A DNA stretch of 64,000 nt from Eledone cirrhosa (lineage: Eukaryota). The stretch is taken from positions 13,206,001 through 13,270,000 of the forward strand of contig OZ024758.1 in NCBI GenBank assembly GCA_964016885.1, in the 5' to 3' direction. Numbering within the stretch: position 1 is the stretch's first letter; the number at the start of each line of letters is the position of its first letter. Below are positions 22,331-36,348 of the stretch, piece after piece. Under the pieces are notes generated by a model that was not told where the DNA came from, ran no database searches, and saw nothing but the letters and a program-made list of their open reading frames with translations. Both the position numbers and the translations under genes were made by a program.

Positions 22331-25300
22331 GACACTGTAGAGAGCAATGCTGGCTGCAGATAACCCTATCTCATCAATCAGATACTGCAAGCTGAGAGCG
22401 ATGCTGGCTGCAGATGACCTGACTTACAGTACCTGGTAGATGAGATGTATTTTTGGCCATGGCAGTAATATGATCTGCAAAGTTATGATCATAAGGGATG
22501 TTAGTAAACAGACTTTGTTATTTTTGTCTTTTACAATAGTATTCAGTCTTAGTTTTGATATTTCTGTAAAAAGCCTTAAAGCTTGTCTTTGCCATGTAGC
22601 TTTAAGTTGTCCATCTTCTTTTTCTTTGCCCACTTATTCGTGAGAGAATCGTAGGGCAAAGTCTTCTCAAACACGCCTTCCAGCAAGTCCTGTCAGAAGC
22701 AACCATCTCCAATTGATCTGGCTGGTTCCCCAAGTGTGACCAGTCAAGTTCATGGATGTTATCCAACCATCTTGCTTAGAATCTACCTCTGGCTCTCTTG
22801 CCGGTTGGTTTCGCCCGTAAAATCTGTCCAGCGATTCTTTCTTGAGACATTCTTACCACATGGCCATAATGGAGTTTTAAGTCATCCATGTAAAATAAAT
22901 TGACTTATTTTCTTGTTGTCAGTTTTATAACCTTACTCTGTTCTGTGAAGTTTGATTGTTAAGCGGGGTGGGAGTGTATTTGAGGTGAAAGTGAGTCACC
23001 TTGGAAGATGCCACAGTCAAGGGTAATATTGTTTGGACTTTGTACTCCATTTGAATGGTATAATTGGAGATTTTATTTAGAATTGTATAAATAACATTAC
23101 AAATGGGGAAGGGGTAAAGAAGGGCAGATCTGGCTGTGGGGAAAGTGAGGAAAGGACTATAAAAGCCATAAATGAGAGGAAAAGCAAGGATTCTAGGGCC
23201 ACAAAAAAGGAGAGGGTGGTGGTGTTAGGGCTGCACCCCATGGACAAAACTGCAAAAGCATTTCCGCGGACAATGACCAGTGACACCCACTGCAACAGCC
23301 ACCCCACCTCGCGGGGCTCCTTCTTCAGATGAGCTGCTGACGTTCTAATCTTGCAGAGAAGCTCAGCAGTGCGGGGTCTGAGGACACCTGAGGTCTAGAC
23401 AGTGAGCAGTGTAAAGAGGAACCAGCTGGAAAATCCCTGGGTATTATTTTGTCTTCCTTTCCTCTGCATTGCGGGTTGCAGTAAGTAGCAGGGTTTGTGG
23501 CCGAATTAGAGATTTGTGTTCCACAATGACATGCTTTAGAAAGTTTGAAATTATATGAGAAATTTGAAAGATGGTCAGTGATTAGAATGCAGTATGCTGT
23601 CCTTCCTCTCTGTTGTGTCCAGTGGTAGTGATAGGATTAGTAGAATCTTGTCGATCTTATCAATATTCCCAGGGCTGCAGCATGGCTGCTCTTATCGTGA
23701 TGCTGTTGAAATCCCCTTTTATAATTAATCCATGTGGATCTGAGATTTCTGTACTCATTACGAAACATTTCACAGATCAAACAGCTAAATATAAAATGTT
23801 TGCTTGAAGCATTGTATGTAATATAATGTAGAAAGTGATATCTGCAATAAAGCTAAACAAAGTGGATGGTAAGAGGAAGTCAATGAAAAAGTTACCTGGT
23901 AATCTAGTATTTCAGGACTTAAAATTCCTTTCTTCAGTGTTTGGGAAACTCTGATAAAAATGTTCCGCTTTCTTCTCTTTGGAATTAAATTTAGATTTAA
24001 ATTTTATAAACCACTGTCAAGCGTTGTTTGATGTTTGCTTTGTTAATCACGAGAAGCTGGAGGATGAGGTCAGTGGTCAGTTGCCATCGATGTTATATTT
24101 CATGGAATCGATTTCCATTTGTAAATGTAGGTTTACATTTTTGTACTTCAGTGGCCAGTCTCTATCTTTGACAGGTAGCTCTCTGGGACAAGGGTGACTG
24201 TCTTCACTTTATTTCTCCAGCATTCCAAGATCTCTTATTTTAAGTTGGTATAAGCTGCTACTTTGCCTCTTCAATTTTGGTCTTAAAAGGACATGCTGCA
24301 TCTATGAGAGTTCAGGTTCTCTTCAGAATTACAACAATATCCTGTTTGTTGTGTTCCCTCTTCTTCATGGTCAGAATTGGGATGTTCCATTAGAGCTTTC
24401 TCATTGTTCCCTAGCACTTTCCTCTCGTTTGTGGTACCATCTTCATGGCCTTTATTTTCTGCACATGGAAATTCATATTAATTGACACAAGCTCCAGTGT
24501 AACATGGTAGCCACCTTATGTAGTGGTGGCAGTGTCTGTGGTAAGAATTAATGTTGTCTTCCAAAGCTTCATGATGTGTAATAAAAATGAAACTTAAGGG
24601 TCTGTCTGCCTCATGGACCAGGCCAACAGGATGAAGACATTACCCTGTAGGACGGCGAGGGAGATGTGCAGGAACAGCAATTCCACATTGTGGGGTTTGC
24701 ACTTGTGTGTAGCCAACTCCGCTCTGATAGCAATGAATGGGGATGTGGTCCTAGAGCCAAGGAGACTGGAACTCTCCACTGTCACAAGTGCCACAGGCTC
24801 AAGCACAAACCTATCAGTGGTAGTGGGGGTGGTGGTGGTAGATGTGATGGTGGTGGTAGCAGTCATATATTTACTCAATACTTACCACTCTCGGCCACCA
24901 CAGAGTTATTTGGCTGTTGGTTCTCATCAGAATATTGTTCCGTCATGTCAAACATCACCCTTGAACCAGTTGACCGTTGATGCAGACGTGGACTTCCAAG
25001 AACTGCTTCAGGTGTTCTTGGAATACTGTCATGGCATATGTGACAAAATATTCCTGATTACAGGTGAGATTTTTAATATCCAAAGGTATTCTTCAAACCA
25101 GGTGTGAGGAAGGTTATCAAATGCTTTTTATAGTCTATCCATACCATTGAGAATTTCTTGTACCTCTTGTGACAATCATTAAGGGTTATGTTGTTGATTT
25201 AAAAGTCGGTCCTTACACTCAAACACTCCTTCCAGTGGGTCCTTTCAGAAGCAACCATCTCCAATGATCTGGCTGGATCCCCAAGTGAGACCAGCCAAAC

Positions 25301-25788
25301 TCATGGACGTTATCCAACCATCTCGCTCAGTGTCTACCCCTGGGTCTCCTGCTGGTTGGTTTTGCCTGTAAAATCTGTCCAGCGATTCTTTCCTGAGACA
25401 TTCTAACCACATTCCCTTACTATCGGTGCTGTGATCTTGATGGTGACCAGTGCAAAAGGGGTAGGGGCCAGACAAGCTCCAGTATTTGCTTACTTTGTCC
25501 TCTGCATTGCGAGCCGTGGAACCGGGGTTTGTGGTCGAGGCGACAGGGTTGGAAGTCGAGAACGTGTCGCAGCGTTTCATGTCCCAGATAAGGTATTTAT
25601 CTCTTCGAAAGGGAAGAGGGTAATTCCATCAGGGCGCTTTCCGCCTCCACATTTGTAGCTTATTGGCTCCGGTTATGACAGAAAGCCGGCTGCATCTAGA
25701 CGCCTTCTCATTATGTCGTTCAGAGGGGCATGTTTGGAACTGGTCTGTGGGCTGAATTCATTGACGACGGCTCCACTACAGCATTTTG
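21605..25788 (+). repeat. Segmental duplication, copy 1 (~4.2 kb)
   Basis: Nearly identical to 29427-33683 along its length. The ORF track shows matching pairs, e.g. 23613/31478 and 24613/32478. Confidence 0.95.
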
Positions 25789-28382
25789 TCACCCAGGTAA
25801 CGGAAGCTGTCCACTATTTCTATAGAACCCTCTGTGCAATTGAAGAAGCTAGTATTCTGTGGGCACTTGCTGCTACTTATTGCACCAGAGCACCGGCCAC
25901 ATGTAAAATCTATGTTCTTAGTTAGCTTACCTGTCATCCCACTACATCTTTTATGCACCCATACTTTGCATTTGGGACATAAAATGGAGTTTCTACCTAC
26001 TCCTTTCCTACACACTGAGCATGGCCATTTCCCGGATGGGACCGGCGCCCTATTTTCCTTCCTACAAACTAGAACTTTAGTCTTAGACAGGTTAATTTTA
26101 AGGCCTTTTGATTCTAGGCAGTGCTTCCATGTTTGGAATTTCTTCTCTAGTTCGGCCATTGATTCAGCTATGAGCGTTAGATCATCTGCGTATAGGAGTT
26201 CCCATGGGCAGCCGGTCTTGAACTCCACTATTATAGCCTGAAGGGCAATAATAAATAGTAGGGGGCTAAGAACGGAACCCTGATGAACACGAACTTTTAC
26301 GCTAAACTCTTCACTATATTCGTTGTTAATTCTAACCTTGCTGACTGTTTCTTTATACATGGCTTGTATAGCTCTCACAAGCCATTCATCAACACCTAGT
26401 TTTCTAAGAGCCCACCATATAATGGAACGGGGGACTCTGTCGAAGGCTTTCTCCAAATCGACAAAAGCTAAGTATAAGGGTTTACTTTTAGCTAGGTACT
26501 TCTCCTGTAGTTGTCGTACAATGAAAAGAGCGTCTGTGGTACTTTTGCCTGACACAAACCTGAACTGCATTTCATCTAGATCAATTCTCTCTCTGATTAG
26601 TTGCGCTATTACTTTTTCCGTGACCTTCATGACCTGGTCGATTAATTTAATGCCTCTATAGTTACTCCTATGTAGGGCATCTCCTTTACCCTTGTAGCAG
26701 TTAATAATGATGCTGCTACGCCAGTCCTTCGGAACAACCCCATTCTGTATGACTTGGTTTACTATCCGGGTGACCATGGTGTGTCCCACCGTTCCAGAGG
26801 CTTTCAGCATTTCAGCAACTATTTCCGAAGGCCCAGCCGCCTTACCCGTCTTCATATCTTTGATTGCCTTACTTATTATACTACCTTCGACTAACACTGC
26901 TGGTCCCTCTATTGGGTCGATGTGGGGGAGACTGTCTTTCTCTCATATATTCTCCTCATTTAGTAGCCTTTCGTAGTGACACTTCCAAGCTACCTTCTTA
27001 TCAGCGTCAGTGATGGCAAGTACACCATCATCATTATGTACACACTTCTCCCCGACAATATCACGGTTTTCCTTGACACATTGCCTAGCAATCCTGAACA
27101 CCTCGCGTTTTTGGTCCTCGCGTTGTAGAACATGCTTGAACTTTCTTTCCTCTGCTTCCCTTCTTGCAAAGTACACTTGTCTCCTCGCTTCCCTCCTGGC
27201 CACTTGATAGTCTTCTCTACTTCCCCCATCCCGCCATACTTTCCAAGCCTGCTTTTTGGTCTTAATTGACTCCTCCACCTTACTGTTCCACCACCATGTT
27301 ACTCTCCTCCTGCCTATAGGCCTGCTCCAGCCACAGACTTCGTCTGCCGCCATCAGCAGGTTTGCTTTCAGGAATTCCCACTGTTCCTCTATATTGTACG
27401 ACTCTAAATGCTCTTCCTTACTGCCGAAAGCATCAAGTAATATGCTTTTAAATTTATTACTGGCTGTGGGGTCCTTTAGCTTCCATATTTTTCTCCTGAG
27501 GATAGTCCTCTTCTGCTGTCGAGTACGTCTCGTCCTGACTATGACGTCGCTAATTATGAGTCTGTTGGGAAGTGCATTCTTCATGGGGGAGGGATTTAGT
27601 GTTTACAACAGACACTCTGTCACGTCTTCTGGTAAGGATATAATCTACCTGGCTGGTATGTTTCCCTGATCTGTAGGTGATCAAGTGATTGTCTCGTTTT
27701 TTGAAGTTAGTGCTACAGATAGTTAGGTTATTTGCGTCACAGAATTCCAGGATTCTGGAGCCTTCCTCATTTCTCGTACCAAACCCATAGCCTCCGTGGA
27801 TTCCATCATAGCCGTAACAATGTTGTCCAACGTGACCATTTAGGTCGCCAGCAATAATTATATAGTCACTGTCGGTTATTTGGGAGGTAGTGAGCATCAG
27901 TGTCTCATAGAAACTGTCTTTTATAGCGCCAGGCAGTCTGGATTGTGGGGGCGTACGCAGATATTACCGTCACAGTAGTTCTATTTAGAACAAGTCTTAT
28001 TTTAATTATTCTGTCATTTACTCTATTTTCGTCTATTATCTTATCCACCCATTTTTCTGCTAACATGATTCCTACCCCACCCAGCCCATTGTCATTTCCC
28101 ACCCAGAAAAGCTTATAGCATCGTTTTTTACCCACAATGAATCTAGCAGACCCGCCCCTCCACCTGGTCTCTTGGATACAGCAAACATCAACCTCCTTAA
28201 GTTCAAGCATTTCTACAACGTCGTTAGAGCGGCCTTTTAAGGTGCCTACATTCATGGTACCAACTCTGAAGTTTTGGATTGCGTTTGGTGGGTGGGGCGC
28301 AGGGAGGGGTGAGGTGGATGGGGTTGGGGTTATGTTGGCCATCCGCGGCCGCAACAAAGAGGAGGGGCCTTGCCCTTTCGTT
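25788..28382 (-). mobile_element. Near-full-length but inactive RTE-clade LINE (APE endonuclease + RT + PHD-like Cys-rich insert), 3'-truncated
   Basis: APE motifs GTMNVGTL, CIQETRW, GDLNGHVG and QVDYIL. RT motifs FVDLEKAFDRV, HQGSVLSPLLF, LYADD and RYLG. Cys/His cluster CSVC..CPKC..H..C..CGRC. Two frameshifts (~27930, ~27585) and an in-frame TGA at 26943. Confidence 0.93.
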
Positions 28383-28407
28383 ATATATATAAAATATATA
28401 ATATATA

Positions 28408-29423
28408 GTGATAGTGGTGGTGGTGGTGGTAGATGTGATGGTGGTGGTAGCAGTCATATATTTATGACTGTTGCATCTATATATATATATATATATATAT
28501 CGTTCCAACTTTTGTTGACGGGTTTCAGGTCCCTGTCACTTGTCTGCCACCAGTTCGTCTTGGGGTATCCTCTTCGCCTCTGCCCATGGGGAGTATGTCC
28601 AAGACAGGACCTGATTAGCATGTCTTTCACTTGGGAGTTATGTGATGTCCCAACCAACCAGCCAAGTCAACACTTGTACATGTTAGACACGGGTTGTTGG
28701 TGAGTTCGTTGACGGATTTCTTTGTTGTTGATCAAATGATGCCACCTGATGCCAAAAATTCTCTGTAGACTTTTGGTGTCAAAAGCATCATTGATTCTCT
28801 TGGTTAGTGTTTCGCACTTTACATTTCACACCCATACAGGAGTGTTGGAATCATATTGCTGTTGTGAAACCTCATCTTGGTACCAAATGAGTTTTTTTTT
28901 TTTTTTTTTTGTTTCTCCAGATCTTGTTAAGTTGCTTAAAGGCAGCCAAAGGTTTGCCTATTCTACAATTAATTTCTTTGACCATGTCCTCACATCTGTT
29001 GATAGATCTGAGGTAGGTGAAGTTGTCCATGACCTCTACATCTTCCTGGTTGATACAGACATTTGTTGATGATGGATGTATACCAACTAGCATGTTCTTG
29101 GTCTTTGTGACACTGTAGAGAGCAATGCTGGCTGTTGATGACCTGACTTACAGTACCTGGTAGATGTGATGTATTTTTGGCCATGGCAGTAATTTCTCTG
29201 TTTTGCTTAGAAATGGTCATCTTTCTTTATTACCATCGTCACTATATGGGTCTTTTCTTGAATATCTTTCAGAAGATTTCTTTGACTCCCGGCCACCACA
29301 GAGTTATTTGGCTGTTGGTTCTCATCAGAATATTGTTCCGTCATGTCAAACATCACCCTTGAACCAGTTGACCGTTGATGCAGACGTGGATTTCCAAGAA
29401 CTGCTTCAGGTGTTCTTGGAATA
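28408..29423 (+). repeat. Mosaic partial third copy of the duplicated block
   Basis: 28408-28462 ~ 24817-24873, 28465-29193 ~ 21694-22468, and 29289-29423 ~ 24892-25024. Confidence 0.88.
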
Positions 29424-29426
29424 TTT

Positions 29427-29526
29427 CCATGTGTCGTTTCTCCCATATTTTGACCTTTTTCCATTTTCCTCAGATTCAGAACCTCTTGAGACACATGAGG
29501 TAGCTAGTTTTCCATGGACTGTTGCA

Positions 29527-29563
<37 letters not shown>

Positions 29564-32500
29564 TTCCAACTTTTGTTGACGGGTTTCAGGTCCCTGTCAC
29601 TTGTCTGCCACCAGTTCATCTTGGGGTATCCTCTTCGCCTCTGCCCATGGGGAGTATGTCCAAGACAGGACCTGATTAGCATGTCTCTCACTTGGGAATT
29701 ATGTGATGTCCCAACCAACCAACCAAGTCAACACTTGTACATGTTAGACACGGGTTGTTGGTGAGTTCGTTGACGGATTTCTTTGTTGTTGATCAAATGA
29801 GCCCACCTGATGCCAAAAATTCTCTGTAGACTTTTGGTGTCAAAAGCATCATTGATTCTCTTGGTTAGTGTTTCGCACTCTACATTTCACACCCATACAG
29901 GAGTGTTGGAATCATATTGCTGTTGTGAAACCTCATCTTGGTACCAAATGAGTTTTTTTTTTTTTTGTTTTTTTTTTTTTTGTTTTTGTTTTTTTGTTTC
30001 TCCAGATCTTGTTCAGTTGCTTAAAGGCAGCCAAAGCTTTGCCTATTCTGCAATTAATTTCTTTGACCATGTCCTCACATCTGTTGATAGATCTGAGGTT
30101 GGTGAAGTTGTCCATGACCTCTACATCTTCCTGGTTGATACAGACATTTGTTGATGATGGATGTATACCAACTAGCATGTTCTTGGTCTTTTTGACACTG
30201 TAGAGAGCAATGCTGGCTGCAGATAACCCTATCTCATCTATCAGATACTGCAAGCTGAGAGCGATGCTGGCTGCAGATGACCTCATCTACCAGGTACTGT
30301 AAGTCAGATGTATTTTTGGCCATGGCAGTAATATGATCTGCAAAGTTATGATCATAAGGGATGTTAGTAAACAGACTTTGTTATTTTTGTCTTTTACAAT
30401 AGTATTCAGTCTTAGTTTTGATATTTCTGTAAAAAGCCTTAAAGCTTGTCTTTGCCATGTAGCTTTAAGTTGTCCATCTTCTTTTTCTTTGCCCACTTAT
30501 TCGTGAGAGGGTCGTAGGGCAAAGTCTTCTCAAACACGCCTTCCAGCAAGTCCTGTCAGAAGCAACCATCTCCAATTGATCTGGCTGGTTCCCCAAGTGT
30601 GACCAGCCAAGTTCATGGATGTTATCCAACCATCTTGCTTAGAATCTACCTCTGGCTCTCTTGCCGGTTGGTTTTGCTCGTAAAATCTGTCCAGCGATTC
30701 TTTCTTGAGACATTCTTACCACATGGCCATAATGGAGTTTTAAGTCATCCATGTAAAATAAATTGACTTATTTTCCTGTTGTCAGTTTTATAACCTTACT
30801 CTGTTCTGTGAAGTTTGATTGTTAAGCGGGGTGGGAGTGTATTTGAGGTGAAAGTGAGTCACCTTGGAAGATGCCACAGTCAAGGGTAATATTGTTTGGA
30901 CTTTGTACTCCATTTGAATGGTATAATTGGAGATTTTATTTAGAATTGTATAAATAACATTACAAATGGGGAAGGGGTAAAGAAGGGCAGATCTGGCTGT
31001 GGGGAAAGTGAGGAAAGGACTATAAATGCCATAAATGAGAGGAAAAGCAAGGATTCTAGGGCCACAGAAAAAAGGAGAGGGTGGTGGTGTTAGGGCTGCA
31101 CCCCATGGACAAAACTGCAAAAGCATTTCCGCGGACAATGACCAGTGACACCCACTGCAACAGCCACCCCACCTCACGGGGCTCCTTCTTCAGATAAGCT
31201 GCTGACGTTCTAATCTTGCAGAGAAGCTCAGAAGTGCGGGGTCTGAGGACACCTGAGGTCTAGACAGTGAGCAGTGTAAAGAGGAACCAGCTGGAAAATC
31301 CCTGGGTATTATTTTGTCTTCCTTTCCTCTGCATTGCGGGTTGCAGTAAGTAGCAGGGTTTGTGGCCGAATTAGAGATTTGTGTTCCACAATGACATGCT
31401 TTAGAAAGTTTGAAATTATATGAGAAATTTGAAAGATGGTCAGTGATTAGAATGCAGTATGCTGTCCTTCCTCTCTGTTGTGTCCAGTGGTAGTGATAGG
31501 ATTAGTAGAATCTTGTCGATCTTATCAATATTCCCAGGGCTGCAGCATGGCTGCTCTTATCTTGATGCTGTTGAAATCCCCTTTTATAATTAATCCATGT
31601 GGATCTGAGATTTCTGTACTCATTACGAAACATTTCACAGATCAAACAGCTAAATATAAAATGTTTGCTTGAAGCATTGTATGTAATATAATGTAGAAAG
31701 TGATATCTGCAATAAAGCTAAACAAAGTGGATGGTAAGAGGAAGTCAATGAAAAAGTTACCTGGTAATCTAGTATTTCAGGACTTAAAATTCCTTTCTTC
31801 AGTGTTTGGGAAACTCTGATAAAAATGTTCCGCTTTCTTCTCTTTGGAATTAAATTTAGATTTAAATTTTATAAACCACTGTTAAGCGTTGTTTGATGTT
31901 TGCTTTGTTAATCACGAGAAGCTGGAGGATGAGGTCAGTGGTCAGTTGCCATCGATGTTATATTTCATGGAATCGATTTCCATTTGTAAATGTAGGTTTA
32001 CATTTTTGTACTTCAGTGGCCAGTCTCTATCTTGGACAGGTAGCTCTCTGGGACAAGGGTGACTGTCTTCACTTTATTTCTCCAGCATTCCAAGATCTCG
32101 TATTTTAAGTTGGTATAAGCTGCTACTTTGCCTCTTCAATTTTGGTCTTAAAAGGACATGCTGCATCTATGAGAGTTCAGGTTCTCTTCAGAATTACAAC
32201 AATATCCTGTTTGTTGTGTTCCCTCTTCTTCATGGTCAGAATTGGGATGTTCCATTAGAGCTTTCTCATTGTTCCCTAGCACTTTCATCTCGTTTGTGGT
32301 ACCATCTTCATGGCCTTTATTTTCTGCACATGGAAATCCATATTAATTGACACAAGCTCCAGTGTAACATGGTAGCCACCTTATGTAGTGGTGGCAGTGT
32401 CTGTGGTAAGAATTAATGTTGTCTTCCAAAGCTTCATGATGTGTAATAAAAATGAAACTTAAGGGTCTGTCTGCCTCATGGACCAGGCCAACAGGATGAA

Positions 32501-33683
32501 GACATTACCCTGTAGGACGGCGAGGGAGATGTGCTGGAACAGCAATTCCACATTGTGGGGTTTGCACTTGTGTGTAGCCAACTCCGCTCTGATAGCAATG
32601 AATGGGGATGTGGTCCTAGAGCCAAGGAGACTGGAACTCTCCACTGTCACAAGTGCCACAGGCTCAAGCACAAACCTATCAGTGGTAGTGGTGGTAGTGG
32701 GAGTGGTGGTGGTGGTGGTGGTAGATGTGATGGTGGTGGGAGTGGTGGTGGTAGCAGTCATATATTTACTCAATACTTACCACTCTCGGCCACCACAGAG
32801 TTATTTGGCTGTTGGTTCTCATCAGAATATTGTTCCGTCATGTCAAACATCACCCTTGAACCAGTTGACCGTTGATGCAGACGTGGACTTCCAAGAACTG
32901 CTTCAGGTGTTCTTGGAATACTGTCATGGCATATGTGACAAAATATTCCTGATTACAGGTGAGATTTTTAATATCCAAAGGTATTCTTCAAACCAGGTGT
33001 GAGGAAGGTTATCAAATGCTTTTTATAGTCTATCCATACCATTGAGAATTTCTTGTACCTCTTGTGACAATCATTAAGGGTTATGTTGTTGATTTAAAAG
33101 TCGGTCCTTACACTCAAACACTCCTTCCAGTGGGTCCTTTCAGAAGCAACCATCTCCAAATGATCTGGCTGGATCCCCAAGTGAGACCAGCCAAACTCAT
33201 GGACGTTATCCAACCATCTCGCTCGGTGTCTACCCCTAGGTCTCCTGCTGGTTGGTTTTGCCTGTAAAATCTGTCCAGCGATTCTTTCCTGAGACATTCT
33301 AACCACATTTCCTTACTATCGGTGCTGTGATCTTGATGGTGACCAGTGCAAAAGGGGTAGGGGGCCAGACAAGCTCCAGTATTTGCTTACTTTGTCCTCT
33401 GCATTGCGAGCCGTGGAACCGGGGTTTGTGGTCGAGGCGACAGGGTTGGAAGTCGAGAACGTGTCGCAGCGTTTCATGTCCCAGATAAGGTATTTATCTC
33501 TTCGAAAGGGAAGAGGGTAATTCCATCAGGGCGCTTTCCGCCTCCACATTTGAAGCTTATTGGCTCCGGTTATGACAGAAAGCCGGCTGCATCTAGACGC
33601 CTTCTCATTATGTCGTTCAGAGGGGCATGTTTGGAACTGGTCTGTGGGCTGAATTCATTGACGACGGCTCCACTACAGCATTT
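29427..33683 (+). repeat. Segmental duplication, copy 2
   Basis: Same order and orientation as 21605-25788, differing by scattered SNPs, microsatellite lengths and one 22-bp inversion. Confidence 0.95.
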
Positions 33684-34070
33684 ATGTGGCTCGCGCATGC
33701 GCAGTCCACGGTTTTGGGCCACTCCGATGTGGGTGAACTCTTCATCAAGAAGGGTGCCAGTTGATGAGGAGGGAATTGAGTTGAGCCATGTACCGCTGTT
33801 TGGCTGTGAAGTGGAACAGAGGCAGTGTTGGTCCAAGCAAGACTTAATCCACTTGAAGGAAGACCTGTACTTGATGTCATCCCAGTTATGTTGGACATTT
33901 GCATACTGGGGGCTGGAGAGGCCTTCATTCGTCCAGTCGGCCTCAGCTAACTCCAGTTTTTGAGTCATGTCAGGTTCTGCTGTCTTTCTAAGGACCTCAC
34001 TGTTGAGGGTGCGACTGTAGAAGATTGAAAGGTAGGCCGGCAATGCCAGATGGGAAGCTAAGGCCACTGA
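33375..34070 (-). mobile_element. CRE-like (restriction-like endonuclease) non-LTR retrotransposon fragment
   Basis: SGTWLNSIPSSSTGTLLD...EPHKC.SG...KH..LNDIMRR.L..AG, followed by a GKRPDG-type segment. The truncated twin is at 25480-25788. Further tail fragments at ~23240, 24610-24805, 31105 and 32475-32670. Confidence 0.72.
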
Positions 34071-34269
34071 ACCTCATGGGGAGCTTTGCCTATTGCTAGC
34101 TGGCGCTGTCAGAATTAACACTGTAGATGAGTTCCACATAGCGTCAGATGGTTTTTCTAAGTGGTATATACATGTGGATTTATCTTACACTTGTTTTATT
34201 TTCTCTATTGTTTCAATCTAATTCATACTTTTCTTTGCTTTTTCTGCTTGTTGAAAGGTTTATGTTGGG

Positions 34270-34660
34270 ATTTTCACCAACATTTTTAAACAACGTTGAT
34301 CTGTTTTTTGATCTTTCAGTCTAGACTGGCTTTTTGTAAAAGTTTGTTTATTTTTTGAAGGATATGAGGCTCCATATGACAGCCCCATATTTGACCCTGA
34401 ATACTGGTCAAATAAGAGTGCAGTATAGTTTTTAGGAGTAAGGGTTGTAAAACAGCATTTCATTATACCTGTTATTTTATTGGTCTTCTTGATAAAGTAA
34501 TTGGTGATAAATCTTGTGAAACGAGTGTTCATAGATCTGTTTTACTCAAGGTAAACTCCATCTAGCATGTTAGTTTGTCTCTAATCTTCATCACAATTCA
34601 TCTTCCAGCATTAAATATTAGCAGCTAAACGTAACTCCAGGCTGAGGAGAGTGAATTCAG
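34270..34660 (-). mobile_element. Highly decayed CR1/L2-like LINE remnant
   Basis: IKKTNKITGIMKCCF resembles the KAN.ILG.IKR.F motif. Confidence 0.45.
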
Positions 34661-34736
34661 ATCTTAATAATGTATGATTGTCTCTGCTAATGATACGACT
34701 GAACAACTTGGCTGCCCATTTCTGTCCTGTGGGTGT

Positions 34737-34965
34737 CAGCTTTTTATCTTCCCTGTATTGGTTACCAAATACTATATTTTTTTACAAGCCTATCAGCTCT
34801 ACCCTGTGGGTGTCATAGCTTTTTATCTTCCCTGTATTGGTTACCAAATACTATATTTTTCACAAGCCTATCAGCTCTACCCATTTCTGTCCTGGGGGTA
34901 TCATAGCCATCTATTTACCCTGTATTGACTACCAAATACTATATATTTTTTTTACAAGCCTATCA
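34737..34965. repeat. ~80-bp tandem repeat x3
   Basis: CCCTGTATTGGTTACCAAATACTATATTTTT..ACAAGCCTATCA occurs three times. Confidence 0.8.
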
Positions 34966-36348
34966 ATACACCAAAATCAAACCGGAAGTCAGTTATCAAG
35001 AGAGACTAATGTTATTGATACAATGTAATGACCTCTCTCTCTCTCTTAATGAATCTAAACAAGATCCCTGACTTCATTCGCTTACCGAGTAAGATAGAAC
35101 TCATTTGATCGGACCAAGGAAACACTGCTTCCATTGGTCTTTCCAGTTACCAGTATTATCTACTGGTCGCAACTCCTGACAGAAAGAGAAGCATGAAATA
35201 GTGTCTTGTTCAAGGACATAACACATTGCCCTGCCTAGGAATTGAATTCTCATCCTCCCGATTGTGAATCCAACTCTCTATCGACTGAAACACTATAAAA
35301 TAATTAGTTTTCTATCATAGTACCAAGACTGGTTTCAGGCAGTTTTGAAAAACTTCTTTCTCAATTGGCAGTTGAAACTGTGATGGTTAAAAAGATTGTG
35401 TTGGGAGAAAGGTTGTGATGGTTAAAAAGATTGTTGGGAGAAAGGTTGTGATGGTTAAGATTGTTGGAGAAAAGTTGCACTTTTTAAACATTTTTTTTTT
35501 TTATTTATTATTACTTCCTTTTTGTAATGATATAAAATAAAATATATTTAAATTAAAATCTGTTGTACACCGAGTTGTTTTTCTTTACTTTTTGATACCT
35601 GTGTTTGTTGTATATAAGTTTATACTAGTTTATGGAGTGTGTAATAAAGAAAAGGTGATGCCTTCATTTCTTTCCATGTTTTTCTATATATATAATTGTA
35701 TATAAGCCGAGAAATATGTGACAAAAATAAAATCGATGTTAAAATGGGGGTTGGCTTATATTTGAGGTCAATATTTGGCTCAATGCTGGTGGTAGTCCCA
35801 GGTAGGTTGGTTTGAAAAAGTTTAATCAGTAATATTGAGTCAATTCTTTAAGAATTTTAATATTTTTATTTTTGTATTTGTTTTGCAAATCTGGTTTGGG
35901 AATATTGTATTTTGGGTAGATCATCTTGCCGATCAAAACACATACGCCAGTTGTATTTCACATCAGTTTTATTAATGAAATAATTAATCTTGTGTGTCAG
36001 TTGATTAGTGAACTAATTAGTTGTCTAAGTTCATTCATCATTGCTTGTGTCTTTATCAATGACTTACTTTTTGTCATTGAGTGTGGATGGCAGAAGAGAC
36101 AGACAGAAAAGTCATTGGTAAGGTCACAAGATGTGACAAGGACTTTGAAAATTAATTGATTAATAAAACTGAAATGCATCTGGTGCATATGGTTTCATTG
36201 GCAATATGACCTTACCAAAATACATTTTTTAATATATAAAAGCATTAAGCCCAAATTTGTTATTCATAGAAGTACAAAACTTTACAAAACAAAGCAAAAA
36301 AGAAAATCTTGTCCATTTTGGTGTCATTAAATGGGTCAGGACTAAACT

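Noticed and set aside
23550-24560. Possible decayed coding sequence in the duplicated block
   Set aside because: No long frame or recognisable motif on either strand. It would need a BLASTx search.
28320-28385. HDV-like ribozyme at the RTE 5' end
   Set aside because: A CCCCTCCTC loop-like stretch is present, but I could not build the P1/P3/P1.1 pairings.
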